From positions 192,200,001-192,264,000 of the forward strand of contig JBITNC010000001.1 of the NCBI GenBank assembly GCA_050084985.1: DNA of 64,000 nt, in the 5' to 3' direction. Source of the DNA: Nageia nagi. Lineage: Eukaryota; Plantae; Pinophyta. The notes beneath the pieces were generated by a model, which worked only from the letters and a program-made list of their open reading frames with translations, made no database searches and was not told the origin of the DNA. A program made the translations under genes and the position numbers. Shown one piece after another: positions 26,701 to 38,700 of the stretch (its first letter is position 1; each line of letters opens with the position of its first letter).

Positions 26701-29700
26701 AAGATGCATGTTAGGAAATTTCAAAAAGAGGCTATTAAGTTGCCCTAATTTTTTAAGTTGCCCTAAATTCCAAAAAGAGGCTATGGAATATCTGAAACCC
26801 TCTCTGTGCATGGGATTCTTGCCATAAAAATTCCTTTCATTTCCACCTTGCTGCGTGAGATTTCCTGATTGTCCATACTGCTGTCCAAAACCTATTTTCC
26901 TAGCTGCAAAATGTGGTCTAACAGATGTGTTATGTGCAACATATTTCTGCCTAGGAGGTAAAACAGATTCCAAGTTCAAAGCCCTCTTAATGGCATCATC
27001 AAGAGTAACTGGCTCAAAAGCCTTAACTAGCCCTTTCAAAGGTTCCAATAAACCATCCATAAAAAGAAAAATTACCCTCTTGGGTGATATGTTTTGTACC
27101 TGAACTGAAAGTTGCTCAAACTCCTCCACATAGGCATGAATGGATGAAGTTTGCTTCAAAGTGGCAAGCTCCTTAAAATACTCTTCCACATTCCTTCTTT
27201 CAAACCTGTTCAAAACCCTAACACAAAACTCATCAAATGTATCAATATCACTGTGCCCTTGGGTTACTAACCCATGATGCCACCATGAGTAAGCACTACC
27301 CTCAAGGTGAAGTGTAGCAATCTGAACTGCATCAACTTCAGAAATAGGCTCCAAGGTAAAATAAGTTTGCAATTTTTGAAGCCATGCCCTAGCTGTGAGA
27401 CCATCTTGACCATTAAATGAGGGAATGGTCACCTTTTGATGCAATAAGGGTTTCTTTTTCTCTTTTTTAGCCTCAACAACAGATTTACCCACAATCTTCA
27501 AATATTTATCAAAAGAAACTGCTACCCTAAACCCTTCATATTTATTACTATAAGCAACAAACCATTCATCTAATTCATCAGTTACCTCATCTTCCTCTGG
27601 TGAAGGTGGTGGAGCAAGAAACATAGGCTTGGATGGCCTAGGCAAGGGAGTATGTGAATTAGATGATGACTCATGCCCATTGTTGTTTTTCCCCCTTTCT
27701 CCTTCCCTCCTTGTGCCATTTGGCTTGCCCAAAGCTGCCCTCAATTCTTGCTGATTTGTCTCTTGTAAGGACACCATTCTTTGCAGCATGTTAAGTAGGG
27801 CACCGAACTTTTGCTCAGTCCTATCAACTGGCCTTTGAGGCTCCTCATCCTCTTCCCTATTTGCCATTTCCAAAGCAAGTCTATTTCTCCTAGTAAAATA
27901 CTGATGAATAGGGGGACGATGCATAAAACCCTATCAAACCTTCAAAAGAATGGAATTTTGAAATACTGAAAAATTCTTACCACCAAATTTTTTTTGAAGC
28001 CACAAATCTTCAATTTGGCCAAAAGGGTATCCAAATCTGCAATTTTTATTTCTAATACACATCCCTAAAAATCCGCGAATCCCCTAAGAATCCGCAATTT
28101 TCACCAAGGCATAAATTTTCACCATAGAAGAGCACTTTTTAACATGAATCTGAAATACCCACAAAAAAATTTCTAAAATCCCTAATTTTTCTGAAAACCC
28201 TAATTCAAAGAAAACACAACTCCAATTCTGCCTTGAATTCTCAAGCAATTTTTTTTTTTTTTACTGGCTAGAATAATAGATCAAGACTTTTTGGGCTTGA
28301 AAATAGCTTTCAATCCTGCAAATTTTCTCCCAAACCTAGACGACTTAGTCTAGGAATGCAGATTTCTTAAAAAAAAAATGCCTTTTTGACTCTGAAAATT
28401 GTTTTTAAAATGCAGATCACCCAAATTTCTTCAATACCCAGATGCTAGAAACTGAAGATCTGAATTTTCTGCAAAAACTCTAACTCCAAATCTTTGACAA
28501 ATGTTAGATCTAACCACAGGCTGGCCAGATCCAAGCTCTGATGCCATTTGTGATGTTCTTTTTATTTTTTATTTCTAGCAAACCCTCAATATAAAAATGC
28601 AGAAATAAATTGCAGCAATAAAATAACTTAGAAATTGCTCATAAAATAACACTAGTATGAGAAGAAATCAGCCAGTATCATATCTTAAATATTTCCAAAC
28701 CAATACAAAGCTGGAATGGACAAATGGAATCCTCACGAAACTAAAAATGCAGATACAAACTTTCCAAACTGAGTGAATCCCTCCACAAAAGAAATGCCAC
28801 GAACCACCACAAATGCCTTTTTTTGTATTTTTGATATTTTAGGGCAATAACACCTTCAATGATATTGCCAAGTCCCCAACCATGCACCTCCAATGCACTA
28901 TGGGAATAAGCAAGACCTACAATCTCAACTCATGGAAACTCTAGGGTTTCAATATTCAATTCTCATATCACATAACATGCTCCAAATGAGATGCTCACTT
29001 CCTTTTATAGAATGAGGTTCTAATTTGGAGTTGACATCTCCTAACCCTAAAATCACTTAAAGTACCTTATTACAAAAAATAAAAATATAAAACATAAATA
29101 AACACAACTTAAGTTATGTCTCCTAGTCACATGAACCCCTTTTCCACTTTTATAATTAAGTGTAGGAGACATTTACAAAATATTTATTTTTGAAACATTA
29201 CATATAGATATACTTGCAAAATTGTTCTCACATAGTATGAAGGATGAGGCATTGAAATGGTATTTTCAGCTTCTTGAAAAGAGCATTAACAAGTATGAAA
29301 ATTTAGTTCATCATTTTTTGCAAAATTTCAAGGACAATATTGCTGAAAAAATCTATTTCAAGGATTTGTGTAAAATTAAACAATTGCCTAATCAGTCTAT
29401 TCATGATTTTGTCAAAGTATGGAAACACATTGCTAATAAAATCTCCATTCCTGAGCAAGATCTGAAAAATACATTTGCAAATGCTTTGTTATCTGCATGT
29501 AAGTTGTTGGTTATTTCTAATCATGATATGACATTAGGGGATATGATGGATGTGTTTAAAAAAGATCCATGTATGAAAAAATTATATGCTATGCGTAATA
29601 ACAGTACCCCTACATATCAAAAAATAGTCCAAATCCCTAAAAAAAAAAATTGAAGTAAACAGTGTTGGTCATCAATGTAAAACTAGTGCTAGGCCTAGAC

Positions 29701-32700
29701 GAAATTTTACACCTTTGACTGATACTATCAATAATATTCTTAATGTTTTAGTAAAAGAAGATCTTAATGAACTCCCTCCTATTATTGACCCTATGTTTTC
29801 TAATGGTGCACCTAAAAATTTTTGATAGGAGGAATTTTGCAATTATCACAAGGTACCTGGCCATCTAACAAGCAACTGCAGGACTTTAAGAAATATTATA
29901 AAGGATTTTATTAACAAAAAAGCCATTAAGATGGATAATGAAACTAATGAAGAAAAGGGACCTATACATCTTGATAATAGACAGTTAGGGGTGTTCACAA
30001 ATCTCCTGCCTCCTTCACAACCATGAGGCTACATTGGTACGGTAACTACTTCCAATGAATTACATTATTATTTTACTCACAAACGTGGATGCAGGTATGA
30101 TAGCCCAAACAAAACTGGAAATGGAGCAAAAACCAACACCACTAGTAGCATGCATAACCGTTCCTACGACGCCAATGATGTGGAAAGCGAAAAATCAAAG
30201 GTGCCTCTTTTTGTTCCTACCTCTGCAAAATGTATCTAGGTCGCAAAAACCTCCCAGGTATGCAAAGTTATTGGTTAAAATTTCAAGTTTGTACCTATAG
30301 TGTATATTAGTTAGGTTGTGCATCTACTTGGCTATTGTAAATCGTTGCTCCTACATTACATGAGTTCATTTCCTTTTCTGCTTCATGAAAGTCATTTCTT
30401 GCATGGTTTTTTTCTTTTTCTGTCTTTTTCGTCACTGTTCATGCCGTTATTGGCGTATTGGGTTTGTTTCACGCCGTCAGCAGCATACATTTCCAGGGAC
30501 AGAATGTAAAAGGATAGTATTTCCTTCATGCTTAGTGTATTTTAAGTCTACTGGACTCGTCATTTGTTGGTTGGTGTGGCATCTAACAAGAAAAATGGGC
30601 AAAAGTTTAATATGGTCCCTATGTCACCTTTGCCATTTGCATTGTAAAATGATTTATATTTCTTTAAAAAGATGGGTTAAATGGTTCTCATGATTGAATT
30701 TAGATAATTGTGTCAAATTGATATTGTGAAATCAAGATTATTACATGCATTGTCTTTTTAAGCAAATTTTGTTGTTAACACATTACACAAATTAAACTTG
30801 CAAATTTATACACATTCACTTTCAAGCAAATAAAAAGTTACCAAACACATGGATTGAATCAAAAAATGGCTCATATATATATACATCACAAAATATAAAG
30901 ACAAAACGGGAGGTCCCAAGTCCATGGCCTCACTGTGGGCTAGCACTGCCACCACTACTAGTTGTCTCCTATCCTAGATCTAACCCTACAACTGCTACCA
31001 CTAGTTGTAGTCTCTGAAGTGTACCTAGATATCCTGCTAGCTGTTACTCCATGGCTAGTAAGGAAGGTCTTCGCTCTGGCATACTTCACCTTCAGGGTTG
31101 TGATGTCCTTGTCCCTCGCCTCTATCTTATCCATTTGGCCTTAGATAAAGGAGCATTGCTGATCTGGTAAAGGCATGGTGAGCCTCTCCTGTAGCCTCTT
31201 CATGAATTGCTCTAAAGTAGCAATCCGTGCATCCCTCTCGATAAGTGAGGCCTGCAACGTGGCAACCTGGGCCTCCATGGGCCTAAGCCGCATCACCTCT
31301 ACTTCCAAGGAAGCAATCCACCTATCTGCCTCTCCTGTAATAAACAAACTTCAGGTTAGTCACATGTTCTTTGTATGAATAAAAATTGAAAACCTTATTT
31401 GCGAACAACATAGTCTCTTACCTGGTGTTGCTAGGGGCACAGCCTCAGCCAACACTACTAGTCCTGGTGCTGGTGCTCCTAGTCCCTCTCCCTCTTGCAT
31501 AGGTATGTTGTGCATCGGATTATTGACCTAATAGGGATCATCATCCGATGACCCCTCGTTGGCAACCTCCTCATCCATCCCCAAGTTCGTTGGGTGAACT
31601 CCTAGCCACCATGCCATGTAATTGGGGGCAACCTCGGGTGCCATGGACATATTGGCAGCTGCATCAAGTGTCCTGGGATCTTCCCATGAAAGCCTCCATG
31701 CCGGTATTACCTGCATCCCTGGAGGCATGTCATGCTCGACCATATACCATCGCTAATAAATGGGAGCTGGTGGGATGTCCTGCTAAATCCTGAACTGTTA
31801 CAGAACTTGTTGAGGGTGGTATGGCTCCACCACCTTCCTCCGAGTTTAGAGGAAGAACTCTTGACGGACCCATGCTAGTTGGTGCGCGTCCACCTCTCAT
31901 ACAAAATCCCTATAAGACACCCAAACCAAGTCTTCAACGTGAAGACCATCTAACTCTCGCCTCCTCGCCTCTAGTGAGTGAGAGTACCTATACCCTCCTA
32001 CCCTCAAGGTCCAGCAAACCAGGGCAACGTCCCCTAGGTCCTCTCTTTGCCTCTGCAGGCCCACACATCTCACCACCACGATCTTCTCATATGCCCAAAC
32101 CTGAAGAAGACCCACATGTCCAATCGTCACATTAAACTTCTCCACGCTCGTGAAGTTGTACAAATCCATGTACAACTATGCTAGTATGAGAGGTCCCCAT
32201 GCAAATTGTGTCCCTCCCACAAATCTATCAGACAATCCATACCAACCCCAATGGAAATATCGAACTACTCTTGTTTGGGCATAGGTATGTGGCTATGATT
32301 GTTGCAATATACAGCCTCAAATGTCTCCCTGCTGGTGCAAACGTGCACACCTCTGCTAACCGGGCAGCCCGAGGCTCCCAATCATGGTTTGCCTCCCCTG
32401 TCAGCCACATGGCCTCGTACTCACGGACATTATTTTCCGCCAACTCTCTCTGGTGAATTGAATTCCCCCTAATGGGAATTCCCCAAATCCAGTAAACATC
32501 TAGCAAGGTTACTGTCATTTCACCTAGGGGCAGGTGAAACGTACAGCAATCCAGATCCCACCGCTCTACAAGTGTGGTCAGTAGGGGTAACTCCTGCTAT
32601 ATGTGACCTACAATGGCCCAGTTAGCCATCCCACACTAGTCATATATATCATCTATATAAGCCGTCCTTGGCCTACTCTTGGCCTTGTCCAATGCGGAGG

Positions 32701-35700
32701 TGGTCATGGGTCCTCCCCAGATGTGCACCTTGCGTTCCTGCAACGAGAAATACACAAAAATTGATTTAATATAATATATGGCTCAAAATAAACTAATGAA
32801 GATAAGCAAAACTTAAAACATAAAACAATTGACGAATATAATCAAAATTGAAACCTACCACATGATCAAAAGGCAAAGACCACATGTATTCAGCCACGTG
32901 ACCTCTACGTCCACTAATAGGACGGTCAATCCCCCTCCACACGTCGTCAGCCATAAGGAATAGTAGAAAATAGGAAATCATGTGTATGGGAGAAAACCGA
33001 CGTCTAAGCAGCTAGAGAACAAGTCAAATCAGGACCACACACCTCAAACCGATCGCAAGAAGCTGGAAAACAAGTTAGAAAGTCCACGCCAAGTCAGCAA
33101 GGGTTCACCAAGTTGCCGCAGAATCATACCGCTGACTTGGACCATTTGAAAAGTGGAAGTGACATTTTAAATTCTAAAATTATTTATATATTTTACAATT
33201 TACTACTAAAACCCTAGGGCATTATTTTGTTATCCTAGAGGTGACTAAAACTGTTATTTTGTATGCTCATAATACATAAAATTATTTTAAATGCTTGCAA
33301 TTTCTTTCCAAAAAATATTGATGTTTTTACGCCGCAAGCGGCGTCCGTTTCTTTGAATTAAATGTGCATTCAGTCCCTAATGGTATAACATATTGCAAAG
33401 CATGCCTTTGCCTCACTTACTGCTTGTCTATGATTGAAATTGTGTCATTTGCATTATTTAAAATTATTAATATTAAATGTACACCACCAACGACGTGGAA
33501 TAAAATAAATTGGGAAAAATTCTAAATGCGCTATTCCAATTTTCGTTGTCATGCATTTTATAGAATGCTCATTGCTCTCATGGTATTGCTAGATATGATT
33601 AATTTTTATTGGTAAAGTTTAATTTTATTTAAATTGTGCATCAATTTTTCATCTTTCAATTTGCTTATTGTTTACCCTTGGTCGTCAAGTTAAAATGTAC
33701 ATTTCATTGTCAATTGAATGCTCCTTTTATTTTGAAAAACGAAATATCTTTTTCTACGCCGCTAGCAGCATGAAGATTGTAAAATTGTGTGTTCTTTCAA
33801 ACACTTGCAATGCTTACATATTGTTTATGTTTCAAAAAGATGATTATTGGAATATCATACGGATTGCAAAGATGAATTGAAAATATTGATGAATATTGCT
33901 ATCTCGTGTTTTCTTTGAAAATCTTATGATAACTGGGAATGTTAATCTCTTTATAAACCGAAGCATAATGGTATGGATGAACGCTAATTGAATATCTTTC
34001 AAATTTTTGCACTTGAAATGTAAAAACTCACACCATTAGCACCGTCCAATTACTACAAATCTTTTGGTATTGGGGCATATTGCAATTTCATTGAATATTT
34101 GCCCATCTATATGATTTATTCATACATATGCGTTACTTTACGAATAAGGATCAAAATTGTTGAAAATATGATGGTAAAACTTTAGGCATACCACGCCGCC
34201 AACAACATGGATCTACATTGAAAATTCATGTAAATTGAAATGTTGTAATGAAAGGCTAATGAAGAATTGAATATATGGTGCATTGATGGAATTGTTTATT
34301 GATATATTGACAATTATTTCACAACCATGGTCTTCAGATGAGCAAATATTGTATTGATACAGGACATCACCATTGTGAGTCATTGAATGGGCATTTATAG
34401 ACTATGAGTTGTCTATCACAGTAGTCTATAAATCAAGGATATTTTGAGGCATTACAAAGAATCCATAAACTTGCTCTTCATAGACTGAGTTGTCTGTCAC
34501 AGTAGTCTATGTATCATAGTTTATATCACTATGAGTTGCATCGGCCATAGTGACACATTGCATATTAAATTTATTTCATCCTTGCTATTTCCATTGTTTA
34601 TTCTTTCATGGATGTGATCTATGCAGATATATGTTGTTTTGCTTTACAAGTATTGTTCGGGTGAGTAGGATTGCCATCAAACACTCACCTCATAAAGGAA
34701 CTCCTATGTTTGGCTTGCTTACCCAATGCAACATGAGCTAGGGGCAATCAAGACCAAAAGGGGGCAAGCAACATACCATACTCAACATATCAATCAAAAT
34801 AGGAAAGTCCACTTTACTATTGAAAATCTTTTTTTATTCGCTACACTTCTTTGGATTATGCAATTTCAATGCTTTTCATTACATATCCAAAGAGAGGCAA
34901 AATGTAGATGCTCAAAAATGATTTATTATTTATTTAATAAATCATATTTAGTGCATTGAATGATTAAAAGGCAATAATACATAAATCAAGATAAAATGCT
35001 ATTATATTGCAATATTGAAATATCATATACCATAGTTCATATTTTAAATTATCTTGAATATTGAAATTATTATTGTTATTGTTATGTGTTGGCTTTCACT
35101 CCTTTTTGTTTCCTTGCAGGTTATAAATATTGGAGGTGAAGGTTGTCATCCCTATTGAATCTCTTTGATAGGTGGTTGTCCCAAACATCAAACTTACGAT
35201 ATCTCTTGACGCCACCTATCTTGAGAACTTGTTAACTCTCTAAGCTCTGTTATCTCTCTCTTGCACACAACACGAAATTGTCAATCTTACGCTGTCAACA
35301 AAGTATCAGATTCACACAACCAACAGTGTGCGCCTTCTAGATCGGGAGGTTCAGATTTTGGGGAACGACTCGTGATATCACTCTAGCGAATATTTGTTGC
35401 GAGCTCGTCTGAAATTCAATTGAAATTCTTAGGAGATTTGTTGTTATTCCATTTTGAGGATTGTATACATTATTGGCTACAGGCCACACTCTGTATCAGG
35501 TTTATATGTTTCATGCATATTTGTTATAATCTGATATAGAGCTACTATTCATTGTATTTGTAGACCAATTTGTTTACTTGTGTATTTACACATTTTTGGA
35601 TCTACAGGACCCACTTGTAAGCCCTATGAGGGACGTTTTCCTCCCAAGCTTGGAAATTTTATTTTATTTATCATTTAATGTACCTAGAGATCCCAAAGAT

Positions 35701-38700
35701 GATTGTGGGAATCCCAAGGCTTGTATAGCACCTAGCACATGGATAAACACCTATTTGCGCCAACATTGGATTTGGGGGAACTTGTACACATGCACTAGCC
35801 TTGGGGAGAACCCTAGACCCCCATGTTGGCCCATGATAACCCCTTGCCCCCACGCATGACTCCTAGAACCACATTGCACCCTGTACTCTCCCATGGTAAG
35901 CGTGGCACCCAAGGACCTCACGTTCTTAGGACCTCACATTGAGCATTTATGACCCTTTGGTACCCACATTGGGCATGCCTAACCCCTAGACACTGATGTT
36001 GGATATCGTGGGCCTCCAAAAGCCCAACATTGACACTGGAAAGGTTGGGGATGACTACTAGATGAGATCCAAATCTAATGGAGAGCTATGTAAGGCTAAG
36101 AAGCCTCATATCTAAGATAGACTAAATATGATATTGAAACCCTTCTCTTCGAAGCCACTAAAGACATAGCAATGTCAAGCACCCTTGGACGTGGAGCACA
36201 AGGAGAGCGCAGGACGCTTAGGACACATTTTGTCTTACACGATTGAGGTGTTGATCGTGCGAGTGACACTGTAATATTTCAAATATTCTTCAAGACTGAA
36301 ATATGCAAATTAAGCACCAAATAAAATGCTCCAAAATCAATTACACATGCCAGAATACCAACATCGCACTTAAGGACACAAATTATCACTCATACACATA
36401 CACAAACCTGACATCAAGCTTCTATAGGCAAGATAATTGCAAATAGACAACAAAATGAGACAAATATATGGAGATCAATGTGCCAACAACTGAATTAAGC
36501 AATGAAGAGTGGTTACAGGCCTCAAATCTACCCAAAGGGCTCAACATTGGCCTCTAAGGAGCCAACTAGGGCACATACACATGCAAATATGATCACTACT
36601 GGAACAATGGATGGGACAACCACACTCCCTCAAGATCTAAATCCTCTCCATTGAAGGAGCCCTCTCCAAATCCTAGAAACCAACTGAATGGTAGGACTGC
36701 AACCTTGGAATACCACCAGCTGGATTAAGATATTGCACCTTAGTCGTAGATTAGCAAGATCCCTCAGCTTCCTACCGATCCTAGATGTTGCACCTATGGT
36801 GAGATTGCTTGACGTTGCGCCAAGACTTGTGTCTTCTTAACAAAAGAAGAGATAATCCAAAATTCAACATATCCATGCAATGATGCTCCAATGCCTAATA
36901 TAGCTCAAGTCTGGATCTAGATTATCACTTAGAAATCATGAATGCCTCCCTAATCCAATGTTAGCCTCCTAGAGGCCCTCAAATGCCTCAAACATGTCAT
37001 AAATGCTCATGAGTGGGGTTTAGAGTCTCCCCAAGGTATGACGTGGGTCTTCAAGGGTGATGGGATGCCTCCAAGCCCAACGTTGGGTTCTTGATATTTT
37101 GTTGAAGTTCATTCTATTTTTGGCAATACACATTAAGCACAAAAATGCCTGTAAATATTCTGGTACAACAATCTTTAGAAGAAACAAGGATGCATGCAAA
37201 AAAATTGATATGCTCATCCATGCTAGGCACCAAATTGCAGTCGTGATCATTCGGTAGAATCTTGAAAAATATACCTGCAAAAACATAATGAAGAGCAAGC
37301 ATGAGTGAAAAACGGTGGAGCCTTTGCTCCATGGTAGATGCCAAGGCTTCCCCAAGCTCAACATTGGGTGTCAAACTCCTATATCCAACGTGGGGTACCA
37401 ATTCTTCCTTATATTCGACGTGGGGTGCCAGACTCTCTCTAGACCCAATGTGTGGTGTTGTGATCCCTCCATGTCCAACATGGAATGCCAAGATTCCTCT
37501 ATCTCCAACGTTGGGTGCCCAAGTCTCTACAGTGTGGGATGCCAAGACTCCTCCATGTACAACATTGGGTGCCCAAGCCTCTCCAGGCCCAACGTGGGAT
37601 GCCAAGATTTCTCCCTATCCAACGTTGGGTGCCCAAGCCTCTCCAGGCCCAACATGGGATGCCAAGATTTCTCCCTATCCAACGTTGGGTGCCTAAACCT
37701 CTCCAAGCCCAATGTTGGATGCCAAGACTCCTCCATGTCCAACATCAGGTGTAAGAGCTCCTTATTGCTCAACATTTAGTGCCAAGGCCCCTCCATGTCC
37801 AACGTGGGGTGCCATATTGCCTCCTTGCCCAACGTTGACCCATCCTCTTTAGGATTCCCTGCAGATTGTGGGTCTTACTATCAATGTCAAAGCTCATGGT
37901 GAGATTCCTATAATTGGTGCGAATGCCACACCCAAAATGATGTGAGGATGCCCCTTAAGTGGATATATATAGAAGTTTTCTCTCACTGTGTAGTTTTGTA
38001 ACCTCACCCAAATCTCTCCACGATTTACTCTACTAATGTGAGTTTCCTAATGGCATTAGAAACTTTGAATCCTTTGAACCCCTTGGTCCTAAGACCCTTC
38101 TTCTCCACAAAATCTCCATCAATGAAATTGTGAGTGGCTCCGAGGTCAATTAAGACCATCAAATCTTGCCCACCTACTTGCCTAATCACCTTTAACGTGA
38201 GGTATTTTTTGACTCCATGGAGTGAAGCAATCATGCTCCCAAGAGATGCCTTTGCCTTAGATGTCTCAATTCGATCCAACATGTCCATGCCAAGCTCCAA
38301 ATCTAAACCATCCTCCTCACCATTTGAAAGCACTTCAATGTAGTGCACATGTCCTTTGCCTTGGCAACAATATCCTGGCTCCCATGGCTTCTTGCAGTAG
38401 AAGCATTTACCATTGTCTCTCAACTTCCTTCTAGTAGTTGCATCTAACTAGCCTATTTGAGGAGGGGGAAAAGGTTTGAACTTGCTAAGCCCTTCTTTTT
38501 TTGCAACCGGTTTTCGAGTAGCCTTCCCATTGTACGTCTACCCCCCTTGAGGGAAATCATTGTTCGCTCCAAGTCATAAGCTGCCCTGATTGCATCATCA
38601 AGGGTTCTTAGCACCGATACCTTCACCATTCCTTGCAAAGGTTCCATCAACCCTTATACAAAGAGGAAGGTCAATCTCTCCTCGGAAATGTTGTGGATCA

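Larger units (their letters stand above)
26640..29950 (+). pseudogene. gag: gag of the Tat-like element, interrupted by the insertion at about 26791-29202
   Basis: FTTFNGLQDPKMHVRKFQKEA ... ILAKLFSHSMKDEALKWYFQL..LCKIKQLPNQSIHDFV. Confidence 0.75.
24733..35606 (+). mobile_element. Tat/Ogre-like non-autonomous gypsy element with sense gag and antisense PMD gene; LTRs 24733-25447 and 34903-35606
   Basis: TGTAGA...TCTACA LTR pair; TSD GGACC at 24728-24732 and 35607-35611; PBS-like TGGTGAACTTGAC; PPT 34889-34902; gag LFSHSMKDEALKWY and CNYHKVPGHLTSNC; no pol seen. Confidence 0.9.

Noticed and set aside
37335-37837. CRISPR-like periodic array
   Set aside because: Units are contiguous tandem repeats without unique spacers, the context is a eukaryotic retrotransposon, and there are no cas genes
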